Below, in pieces: positions 27,522 through 35,677 of a DNA stretch of 64,000 bases. The stretch lies in contig RKSG01000145.1 in assembly GCA_007570995.1 (NCBI GenBank), positions 15,181 through 79,180 of the forward strand. Direction: 5' to 3'. Numbering within the stretch: position 1 is the stretch's first letter; every line of letters starts with the position of its first letter. The notes under the pieces are model-generated. The model did not search any database. It was not told the DNA's origin and worked only from the letters and a program-made list of their open reading frames with translations. The stretch comes from Nitrospirales bacterium (lineage in GTDB: Bacteria; Nitrospirota; Nitrospiria; Nitrospirales; UBA8639). A program made the position numbers and the translations under genes.

Positions 27522-28154
27522 TTAAAACAGGGGAAGATAACTTTGTGAGTACAACCCTGTGGCGTCTTCACCGAAGCCCAGAGAGGCGTGCTCGGGTCTT
27601 CGCTTGTCATTGAGATTGACAGTGTAATGGCCTCGAACATGTTCCATGGCTTGTTCATAGGGAATGGTGCTCTGGTAGAAATCGCCAGGTGCATGTGCGC
27701 CGATGGACAACACCTGAATCGCCTCGGCGACTGCGTATTCGGGATCTGAAAAAATATAGATGTCGGCAATGGCGAAATCGCCGAGCGCGTTTCCCTGCGT
27801 CGTCGCCGGCAGGCGTGAGGAAAGGGACCGATTCTGTCTGAGTTCCCGCAGATGGTAGAGCAGGGCAGCGATCTGGCTGTCGGTGGTTTGTTTAGGCACG
27901 AACAGGCTGATGGCATTTCTCTCTTCAAGGTGGGCTGTGACGGTAAAGGGTGGTACCGGTGCAGATTGGGCCTCTTTGAGTAGTGCGGCCTTGTGTTCCT
28001 GCCTTGGTTCATGCCCCTGCGGGGGTTGGGTGTTTTTGGATTCCGGAATAATTGCCTGAATAAAAATCCAGAGTCCGATGATGACCCCGAAAATCACAAA
28101 CGCCGGATGCAGCCCCACGCGCCTGTTCCCTTCGTTGTGCTCTACATTACTCAT
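27522..28154 (-). CDS. hypothetical membrane-anchored protein (210 aa)
   Basis: Single N-terminal TM helix (LHPAFVIFGVIIGLWIFIQAII). The start overlaps the mazG stop by 8 nt. No family recognised. Confidence 0.5.
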   Translation of the reverse strand: MSNVEHNEGNRRVGLHPAFVIFGVIIGLWIFIQAIIPESKNTQPPQGHEPRQEHKAALLKEAQSAPVPPFTVTAHLEERNAISLFVPKQTTDSQIAALLYHLRELRQNRSLSSRLPATTQGNALGDFAIADIYIFSDPEYAVAEAIQVLSIGAHAPGDFYQSTIPYEQAMEHVRGHYTVNLNDKRRPEHASLGFGEDATGLYSQSYLPLF

Positions 28155-29031
28155 GGTTCCGATTGCCGGGAGGGTTTGGCGTGTGCGAGGCGGCCACAGG
28201 TTCCTGACGTTTGGCTGCTTCCCATAACGTGTCCCATTCTGCAGCTGTCAATGCCTGCAACGGTCTGCCTTCCTGTGCCGCCTGCCGCTCCATATACTGA
28301 AACCGCTTGAGAAAACGCTCGTTGGCTTTTCGAAGAGCTTCCTCGGGATGGATGCGCAAAAACCGTGCCATGCTGACCATGGTCAATAATACATCCCCGA
28401 ACTCGTGTTCTATGGCCGCGGCCGTCTCTGGGGACGGGGCGGCGGGTTCGCCTACGGGGGGTGGCGTGAGTCGTGCCGTTTCCGTTCGCAGTTCCTCCAG
28501 TTCTTCCTCGAGCTTTTCTGTCACCTGTTCCAGCGTATTCCAGTCAAACCCGGCGCATGAGGCACGCTGTTGCAGCTGACAGGCCCGTAACAGGGCAGGG
28601 AGGGCAGCAGGAATTCCCGCCAGAGCCGAATCCGGGCCTTGTCGGGTTGTCCGTTCGGCTTGTTTGATGGTCTCCCATTGCGTCACGACCTGGTCGGCCG
28701 TGAGCGTGGGTGCATCCTGTGCACCGGAAGCAAAGACGTGGGGGTGTCGTCGTATGAGTTTATGCTGTAACCCGGCAATCACGTCTTCAATGCTGAAGGT
28801 GTCCCGCTCGGACTCGATGCGGGCATGCAGCAGGATTTGCAGCAGAAGATCCCCCAGTTCTTCGCACAAGTGTTGCGGGTCCTGATGATCCAGTGCGTCA
28901 AGGACCTCATACGCTTCTTCAAGTAAAAACGGCTTCAGGGAGTCGTGGGTCTGCTTCAGGTCCCATGGACATCCCCCGGGAGAGCGAAGCCGTGCGATAA
29001 CATTGACGAGATCGTTAAAGTTTTGAGACAT
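28147..29031 (-). CDS. mazG: nucleoside triphosphate pyrophosphohydrolase MazG
   Basis: Tandem MazG domains: LRSPGGCPWDLKQTH.SL...LEEAYEV and the second EELGDVLL-type EE.ELE motif. The start at 29031 is MSQNFNDLV. Confidence 0.9.
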   Translation of the reverse strand: MSQNFNDLVNVIARLRSPGGCPWDLKQTHDSLKPFLLEEAYEVLDALDHQDPQHLCEELGDLLLQILLHARIESERDTFSIEDVIAGLQHKLIRRHPHVFASGAQDAPTLTADQVVTQWETIKQAERTTRQGPDSALAGIPAALPALLRACQLQQRASCAGFDWNTLEQVTEKLEEELEELRTETARLTPPPVGEPAAPSPETAAAIEHEFGDVLLTMVSMARFLRIHPEEALRKANERFLKRFQYMERQAAQEGRPLQALTAAEWDTLWEAAKRQEPVAASHTPNPPGNRNHE

Positions 29032-29119
29032 GGAAACGGTTACCCCGTTCTTGTTACAGGCGGACGTAACACAACCCGTCGCTGTTTGATTCAACATGGC
29101 TGGTGCTGCATGCGGGTGG

Positions 29120-29963
29120 CATTCAGAATAACCTGTTTCCCTGTCGGCTTCAATGGACTTCTGTGCATGCGGGTACAGCGTACGGGAAACATGCTGGCCG
29201 TGGCCCGATTTCCTGCTGACCTTCGTCGTAGTCGTGGAGGTGTTTTCACAGGTTCAGCGAGGGGGATTATTTCCGGTGGCGGAAGGGGGAGGTCCATATG
29301 TGCCTCGATGCAAAAGAATATGACGGTTTTCTGGACAAATGCCACAAGCGGGTGGAAACGACATCGGGGTTTTCAGCAGAGAACCGCGTGGTTTCTTGAC
29401 CACCTCATATGCGAGGCGTGGGCGGAAAACGCCGCCCTCCTGTTATGACTGTTGAAAGGGACGTTACATCGGGGCAAAGAATGCAACAGGCCCAAAGACA
29501 AAAAACTCAATGCCGGACGCGGAGGGGGGCAATGTTCCTGTTGTCGGAATCAAAGACTGCACTGGCAGAGAGGTTAAAGCCCTCAAGGTTGAAAGCACGG
29601 ACGCGCAAACGCTTCACCGGATTATTCTTGAAAATGTCGCTCAAGGGTCTATGATATACACCGATGGCCACCGGAGTTATTAGAGGCTTGACAAACATGG
29701 TTACACACGCCAGAGCGGTCACCATTCGGTCGGCGAGTATGTCAACAGACAGCCACACCCAAACGGCATTGAACGTTTCTGAGCGTTGCTCAAACGAGGT
29801 TACTACGGCGTTTATCACAAAATGAGCGCGAAACACCTCCAGCGTTACATGGACGAGTTTTTTGCCCGTAACCATGTCCGCCAGATGGATACTCTAGTGC
29901 CAAGCAACAGCACAATTGCCGGACTGATGGGAAAGCCACGGCTGAAATACGCGGAACTTGTGA
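29120..29963 (+). pseudogene. IS1595-family (ISXO2-like) transposase pseudogene
   Basis: Recognisable blocks: ..TAWFLDHLICEAW.., GNVPVVGIKDCTGREVKALKVESTDAQTLHRII..GSMIYTDGHRSY*, HHSVGEYVNRQPHPNGIERF*ALLKRGYYGVYHKMSAKHLQRYMDEFFARNHVRQMDT. There is an in-frame TAG (29681) and TGA (29780, at the conserved Trp), at least one frameshift near 29440-29460, the HTH segment is deleted, and the Zn-ribbon is degraded. Confidence 0.7.
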
Positions 29964-29976
29964 GGGGGGCGAAAAA

Positions 29977-30642
29977 ATGTATCGGGTTGACCGCAACAAC
30001 TTTTATGAGCGCGAAAAGAAAGCGACAATCTACACACCGGAAGGGGTGAGCAATTTTATTTTTGAGATTGTGAAAGATTGCATATGCTCGGACAAGCCCG
30101 TTCTTGACCCATGCGTGGGCGCGGGGTCGTTGCTCAAACCGTTCAAGCGGGCAGGCTTTCGCGTCATCGGGATTGATATTGAAAAACAGGGTTTTCCCGG
30201 CACACTGGTTCGGAATTATCTTGAAATTCAAAAGGGTGAAATTGACCCCCCCAGCTTGGTGATAATGAACCCGCCTTTCAATCTTGACCAAAAAACAAAG
30301 GAATATATCAAATGGCATTACGGTGGACGTCCGCTCTTGCCCGAAGTGTGGTTGCAGAAAGCAATTGAACTTTTCGGGCGCGATGTGCCTATCGTTCTTT
30401 TTACGCCTTACGGCTTGCGCCTCAATCAGCAGGAACACAGCAAGCGGTGGCTGAGATTTGTCAACGGGGAATATCCTGAAATTCAGTCAATAATCAGTTT
30501 GCCGAAGGATATTTTCAACGGAATACTTTTTCACGCTGAAATCCTGCTTTTTAATGTCTCTCAAAAAACAGGGGGCAGGCACGGAAATATAAAAGGTCAT
30601 TACTTCTACCACAGCGAACCGGTGCAGGCGAGGCTTTACTGA
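29977..30642 (+). CDS. gamma-class N6-adenine DNA methyltransferase, catalytic domain only
   Basis: Motif X-like IYTPEGV, motif I VLDPCVGAGSLL and motif IV IMNPPF, in gamma order. At 221 aa it has no target-recognition domain. Local GC is about 48% (315 of 660 nt counted by hand). Confidence 0.75.
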   Translation: MYRVDRNNFYEREKKATIYTPEGVSNFIFEIVKDCICSDKPVLDPCVGAGSLLKPFKRAGFRVIGIDIEKQGFPGTLVRNYLEIQKGEIDPPSLVIMNPPFNLDQKTKEYIKWHYGGRPLLPEVWLQKAIELFGRDVPIVLFTPYGLRLNQQEHSKRWLRFVNGEYPEIQSIISLPKDIFNGILFHAEILLFNVSQKTGGRHGNIKGHYFYHSEPVQARLY

Positions 30643-30988
30643 CCGATAGCGACTTCAAAGCAACTTCAACAAGGTTTATGTCTACAAGCGTGACGGCGAC
30701 AGCAACGCAAATCACTTTGCGCCCGTTTCAATGTTTTTCCGCGAGGAACGCTGGACGCGGGAGGTAGATGTTTGAAATTCTCAAAGAGGTGGGCGAAGAC
30801 GCAATCAGGTATTACCTTCATTGAGGAGATTCAAATGAAAAAGGAAAATCCCGAATGAACACCAATTCCCGATATGACCGAAATGGAAAATGTGGATGAA
30901 GCGGTGTTGTGACAATCTTGCGGGTCGGTAGTGGGTGTGGTAATTTCCCCACCTGTGTAGCTTGAACGAACCAATCCGGACGACAGCC

Positions 30989-31399
30989 ATGGCTGAGACT
31001 GAAGAATCAGGATTTGTCATCCGCGACAAACGTGGCCAGGCGCGAGAGAAACCTGTTTCCGGGTCCGTTCATGATGCGACACCTTCCCCGACCACCCCAC
31101 TGCCCCCATCGTCCGATTCAGAGCCTTCCCAGCCAAGCCCTCCACTCTCCTTTTCCTCTTTTATTTTCTCACTGGGGACTTCGGCTTTGATGCTGATGGG
31201 GGAACGGTTGTCACCCGATCAACCATCGCCCGTGGTCAATCTGCAGCAAGCCAAAGAAGTTATCGATATTCTTGGTATTTTAGAGGACAAAACAAAGGGA
31301 AATCTGACCCAGGACGAAACCGCCATCATTCGCGATTTACTGTATACGTTGAAGATGAAATACGTGGGATTGGCTTCGGGTTCTCCTCCGTCTTCCTGA
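30989..31399 (+). CDS. DUF1844 domain-containing protein
   Basis: Pro/Ser-rich N-terminal half, then FSSFIFSLGTSALMLMGE....VNLQQAKEVIDILGILEDKTKGNLTQDE..IIRDLLYTLKMKYV, typical of DUF1844. Confidence 0.8.
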   Translation: MAETEESGFVIRDKRGQAREKPVSGSVHDATPSPTTPLPPSSDSEPSQPSPPLSFSSFIFSLGTSALMLMGERLSPDQPSPVVNLQQAKEVIDILGILEDKTKGNLTQDETAIIRDLLYTLKMKYVGLASGSPPSS

Positions 31400-31527
31400 T
31401 TGTAGCTGTACACTCCTCAAGAAGTGCTTGGCCACGCAAACGGCGTTCTCTGCCCTATTGAAAATGTGTTTGAGAAGCTGGCCGAGGTGCTGGATAAGAT
31501 GTGCGGTGCTGGCGGAGCTTCTGGGCG

Positions 31528-31767
31528 ATGAGCGAGTACATGCTGCAGTGGGACGTTATCGATTGGAAACAGGTTAAATGGTGTGGCGAGCATTATTTCT
31601 TGCGCGACCACACAGGCAGGCCTGTCGGCGGTTTGATTCTGGTGGTCGTCACTCATTGCCAGTTCGTGTGGAGGCCGATGTGGTTCTACGACGAGCAAGG
31701 CATCGGGAATACTCCGATTTTCGACTACGACGAATTGCCGAAGGCGCGTGCGTATGTGGAAGCATGA
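31528..31767 (+). CDS. hypothetical small protein (79 aa, Trp/Cys-rich)
   Basis: ATG at 31528 (MSEYMLQWDVIDWKQVKWCGEHYF...). No family recognised. A possible 35-codon upstream ORF ends in ATGA on this start. Confidence 0.3.
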   Translation: MSEYMLQWDVIDWKQVKWCGEHYFLRDHTGRPVGGLILVVVTHCQFVWRPMWFYDEQGIGNTPIFDYDELPKARAYVEA

Positions 31768-31882
31768 GCAGAGCGTAAATTCCACAACCAAAAGGAGGTG
31801 CAGGATGGACGATTTACAGAGACGGTGCAGCGTACGGACTAAGAAAGGCGAACGGGTAGTTATTTCAAAGGAGGGCAGAATT

Positions 31883-32838
31883 ATGGGCGTTTTACTTGCA
31901 ACAGTGGCGTTCGTGTTTGGGTTGAGCGGGGGGGGGCAGCGTGGGCTGAGAAGTCTGTCGTCGCAATAGGCAATATCGAGTTCTTGGCGACGAATTTCCA
32001 GGCGGAGAAAGACGGCATCTATACGAAATACCAGATTATGAACGACGCCGAATCGTTCACCGATATGCTGACGACTGCGCTGACCAAGACGAGGAAGCTG
32101 AACGTCATCACCCGCCATCGCCTCGAAGAGATTTTTAAGGAGCAGGATTTGAGTCTCGAGGGCATCGCGCGTGGCGGGTACCAAGGCGATAGCTTACAGG
32201 TGAAAGGCGTTGATTATATTCTAACTGGCGCAATCACCGAGTTCTGGATTGATGGTGAGAAGCCTCTGAAAGGCGAGCAGATTATTCGGCGGCAGACGTC
32301 AGCGACGATGGCGGTCGACCTTCGCTTGCTCAAAGTACGGACAGGCGAGGTTGGATTCGCAGAAACTGTGCGCGTGCGCGCGGGTGGACACCCAGTGATA
32401 CGAAACGGGTACATGCAGAAACAGATGCCCGCGAATCCGAGCAAGGTGGTGGCTGAAGTTTTACGCAAGGCAGCCAATGATGCTACCAACGCAATCGTCC
32501 TGGCAATTTACCCTATTAGAGTGCTTGGGGTGTCAGATAAGGGCATCGCGATTTTGAGCTACGGCGGTGTGCTGCTGAAGAAAGGCGATTTGTTGAACGT
32601 CTATGTGCCTGGAGAAGACCTGGTCGACATGGATACGAACGAAAGACTGGGCTTTGTCGAGAATTATGTCGGACGGCTGCGAGTGATTAGCACGACGTCG
32701 ACAGTGTCGAGAGCGCAGGTGCTGTACGGTCGAGAGGTCATCGCGAAAGGCCAGATTGCTCGATTTATCCAGAAGCCGTGGGAAGAACCGACGCAGCATC
32801 AGCAGCTGTCGCCGGCGAAAGGCAGCGAGTTGTTTTGA
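31883..32838 (+). CDS. CsgG/HfaB-like secreted protein, reading frame interrupted at a G9 tract
   Basis: AAGGAGG then ATG at 31883 encodes the signal peptide MGVLLATVAFVFGLSGGG. After G9 (31928-31936) the CsgG-like body (KSVVAIGNIEF..., TDMLTTALTKTRKLNVITRHRLEEIFKEQDL, GVDYILTGAITEF) continues in the +1 frame. The intact ORF runs only from TTG 31984. Confidence 0.7.
31928..31936 (+). repeat. G9 homopolymer inside the CsgG-like signal-peptide region
   Basis: Counted directly: ...gttgagc ggggggggg cagc... Confidence 0.95.
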
Positions 32839-33251
32839 TGACCCGCCTTGCGATCGTCGCAGGACTGGCAGCGGTGACGACTACGGTCGTCGCCGTCGCT
32901 GCGTACCTGAGCAGGCACAGTCATGTGACAGGCTATGCTGTCATCCCGACGAATCCGTCCTACTTATACCGCTGGTATGTCATCCCGCGAAATCGGCGGC
33001 TAAATATCTACCTGCACAAGTTCGGCGCGTCGGACGACCAGAGTAACGGGTTGCACGACCATCGGTGGGATTTTATCTCGATGGCCACATGGTTGTTGCG
33101 AAGATCCATTGGCCGTATCCATTGCAGACGTTCCGGCGTAGCGTGTCATAGAACCCAGCAGAATGCTGGTAGCTTGCTGGCTCCTGTTGCTTCCATTCCC
33201 GGACGAATGGCACAGATGTCGTTGTTCGGAGTGGTATCCTCGGCCTGGTGA
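32838..33251 (+). CDS. membrane-anchored small protein of the YL.RW...YLH.F..SD....LHDH.W family, probably decayed at the 3' end
   Basis: The start overlaps the CsgG-like stop (TGATG). The sequence runs MTRLAIVAGLAAVTTTVVAVAAY... then YLYRWYVIPRNRRLNIYLHKFGASDDQSNGLHDHRWDFIS. After that the frame becomes Arg/Cys-rich and family-like residues appear in other frames. Confidence 0.4.
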   Translation: MTRLAIVAGLAAVTTTVVAVAAYLSRHSHVTGYAVIPTNPSYLYRWYVIPRNRRLNIYLHKFGASDDQSNGLHDHRWDFISMATWLLRRSIGRIHCRRSGVACHRTQQNAGSLLAPVASIPGRMAQMSLFGVVSSAW

Positions 33252-35551
33252 TGGCGACTTCTTCTAAATTGTTCCCGCGTGTCTTTTCTTCCCAAAAAGT
33301 GAGGCAACAGCCTGTTGCCGATGAGGAGACCGATCTCCATAGCCGAAGTCTGCATTTCAAACCGGTCTGGGTCGTCCTGCTCCTCCTGATTCCCTGCGTG
33401 CTGTTAACCATGTACTACGCACAGTATGGTTGGGTTGGGGAAGGGAAGTCTGACTCGCTCCTTCCCAACCCGAGCTACGCGTTGGTGTTGTTTCTCCTCT
33501 ATCTGGATGTCGTCGGGTTAGTCGTGCTGACGCTTCTCCTGTCCCGTAATTTAATCAAAGCCTACTTTGAACGACGTCACCGGCTGCTGGGATCGGGGTT
33601 TCGAACCAAATTGATTGCCGCTTTCATTGGGTTTTCGCTTGTCCCGACCGTCCTGCTGGCGTTTGTGGCCAGTGGGGTGATCAATGAGGTGATGAAAATC
33701 TGGTTTAACAACCAGATTGAAGAAGTCCTGGGCGATTCCGAAGCGCTGGCCAGGCTGTACTATGAGGGGCAGACAGCCCTGGTCACAAAGAGTGCCTGGG
33801 CCATCAGCAAGGAAATTTATCGTGAAGATTTTTTGCGCCCGGAGCATCGTGAACTGTTGCTGACAGCCCTGGCCCGCAAGCGCGCGGAATTCGACGTGGC
33901 AGGGGTGGAAATTTTTTCCTCCAAGCTGGAAACCATCGCGCACATGATCTCCCCGGATATTCCCGACCGTGCATTGAATCTGCCGGCTGGGCAACTCGTG
34001 GTACAGGTGCTGGATTTCGGTAAGGCTGTGACGTCCGTACAGGTCGCGCCTGTCGGACGGCTGATACGTGCCGCTGTGCCGATTACCTCTACTGTCCGGA
34101 ACGGGGACATTGCCGGTGTCGTGGTTGTCAATACCTATGTCCCCGAAGCACTCCTGGCAAAAATGGAAGGCATTGGCAAACAATATCTGGATTTCCAGCA
34201 TATAAAGGCCATGCAAAACCCCATTCAGGCCGGGGCCTATTTGTTCGTGGCCGTGGTCACCCTGTTGCTGTTGTTCAGTGCAACCTGGTTCGGATTTTAC
34301 GTTGCCAAGGGGATTACCGTACCGCTTCAGAAACTGGCCGAAGGGACGGAAGCCGTCGCCAGGGGGGATCTCAATGTGAGGATTGCCGTCAAGGCCACCG
34401 ATGAAATTGGGACGCTGGTGGATTCGTTTAATCGCATGACCTCGGATTTATCGATCAGCAAAGCCAAACTGGAAGAAGCCAATCAATCCCTCAGGCAATC
34501 TAATGTCGAAACCGATCGTCGTCGAGCGTACACCGAATCTGTGGTGGATACTATTGCGTCCGGCGTGTTGTCTGTGGATACACATGGTACGATCATGACA
34601 TTCAATCATTCCGCCGAGCGGATTCTCGGTGTGGAGGCCAGTACGGTTCGCCGGACGCCAATGGTTGATACCTTTAAGGCCCATCAGTTCACGTTATTCG
34701 AAGAGGCGTACGATCGCATGTTGCTGGACGGGCGGGAAACGGTCATGCTTGAAGGCCAGATGGAGCGGCAGGGGAGACTGCTGACCATGGGGCTGAGTCT
34801 GTCCAGAATGAGAAATGACGCGGGGCAGAATTTGGGCTTTGTGTTCGTGTTTGAAGATCGCACCGAGTTGATTAAGGCCCAGAAGATCGCGGCATGGCAG
34901 GAAGTGGCGCAGCGGATTGCGCATGAAATCAAGAACCCGCTGACGCCCATCCAGCTCACGACCCAGCGGTTGCGGAAGAAATTTTTTGAGAAGTCTCCAG
35001 ATTTTCAGGATATTTTTGACCAGTCGACAAATGTGATCGTGGCCGAAGTCGGCAGTATAAAACGGATGGTGGACGAATTTTCCAAATTTTCGAGAATGCC
35101 CCCACCGCATATGGTCAGAGGATCGTTGCACGACGTCATTGAGAACGTGAGCGCGCTCTATCGTGAAGGGCATCATAACATTGAGTTGGTGCCGACGCTG
35201 GATTCCTCCGTCCCACCCTTCAATATCGATCGCGAACAAATACGGCGGTTGTTTGTGAATTTGTTTGATAATGCCATTCAGGCCATGGGGCAGACGGGGC
35301 GGATCTGGGTTACCACGGAAATGGATTGGAAGCGCACACGCGTTCGTATCACCGTGGCCGACGAGGGGCCAGGCATTCGTCAGGACGATCAGGAAAAATT
35401 GTTTGTGCCATATTTTTCGCGAAAACTGACGGGAACAGGGCTTGGACTGGCGATTGTCCATCGAATCGTGACGGATCATAATGGGACCATTCAAGTGACC
35501 AACCGCCATCCCCATGGGGCCTGCTTTACCATCGAATTGCCCGTTGCCTGA
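33248..35551 (+). CDS. ntrY: NtrY-like sensor histidine kinase (TM-HAMP-PAS-HisKA-HATPase)
   Basis: N-terminal TM bundle, HAMP (ITVPLQKLAEGTEAVARGDLNVRI), PAS, H-box AHEIKNPLTPI, N-box FDNAIQA, and G-boxes DEGPGI and GTGLGLAIV. Confidence 0.85.
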   Translation: MMATSSKLFPRVFSSQKVRQQPVADEETDLHSRSLHFKPVWVVLLLLIPCVLLTMYYAQYGWVGEGKSDSLLPNPSYALVLFLLYLDVVGLVVLTLLLSRNLIKAYFERRHRLLGSGFRTKLIAAFIGFSLVPTVLLAFVASGVINEVMKIWFNNQIEEVLGDSEALARLYYEGQTALVTKSAWAISKEIYREDFLRPEHRELLLTALARKRAEFDVAGVEIFSSKLETIAHMISPDIPDRALNLPAGQLVVQVLDFGKAVTSVQVAPVGRLIRAAVPITSTVRNGDIAGVVVVNTYVPEALLAKMEGIGKQYLDFQHIKAMQNPIQAGAYLFVAVVTLLLLFSATWFGFYVAKGITVPLQKLAEGTEAVARGDLNVRIAVKATDEIGTLVDSFNRMTSDLSISKAKLEEANQSLRQSNVETDRRRAYTESVVDTIASGVLSVDTHGTIMTFNHSAERILGVEASTVRRTPMVDTFKAHQFTLFEEAYDRMLLDGRETVMLEGQMERQGRLLTMGLSLSRMRNDAGQNLGFVFVFEDRTELIKAQKIAAWQEVAQRIAHEIKNPLTPIQLTTQRLRKKFFEKSPDFQDIFDQSTNVIVAEVGSIKRMVDEFSKFSRMPPPHMVRGSLHDVIENVSALYREGHHNIELVPTLDSSVPPFNIDREQIRRLFVNLFDNAIQAMGQTGRIWVTTEMDWKRTRVRITVADEGPGIRQDDQEKLFVPYFSRKLTGTGLGLAIVHRIVTDHNGTIQVTNRHPHGACFTIELPVA

Positions 35552-35677
35552 CCCGTGGCTCTGGTTGTGGCCGTGCACCGGGCCGTTGACTGTGACGGGC
35601 CATGTCCCGTCGTGGCGCCATGGGCAGGGTAATCCCGATGGTTCTCTGTCCCGTGCGCATGGCTTGGAGGAAGGAAG

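Noticed and set aside
29681-29782. In-frame TAG/TGA in the transposase (and TGA in the PIN remnant and the small ORF at 1161) as stop-codon recoding (Sec/Trp/Pyl)
   Set aside because: TGA clearly functions as a stop in many ATGA-coupled gene junctions here. The affected genes also carry frameshifts and deletions. Ordinary nonsense decay is the simpler explanation.
31417-32184. 255-aa minus-strand ORF spanning the micro-ORFs and the CsgG-like gene start
   Set aside because: It has no SD and no motifs. The plus strand has an SD, a signal peptide and CsgG-family similarity.
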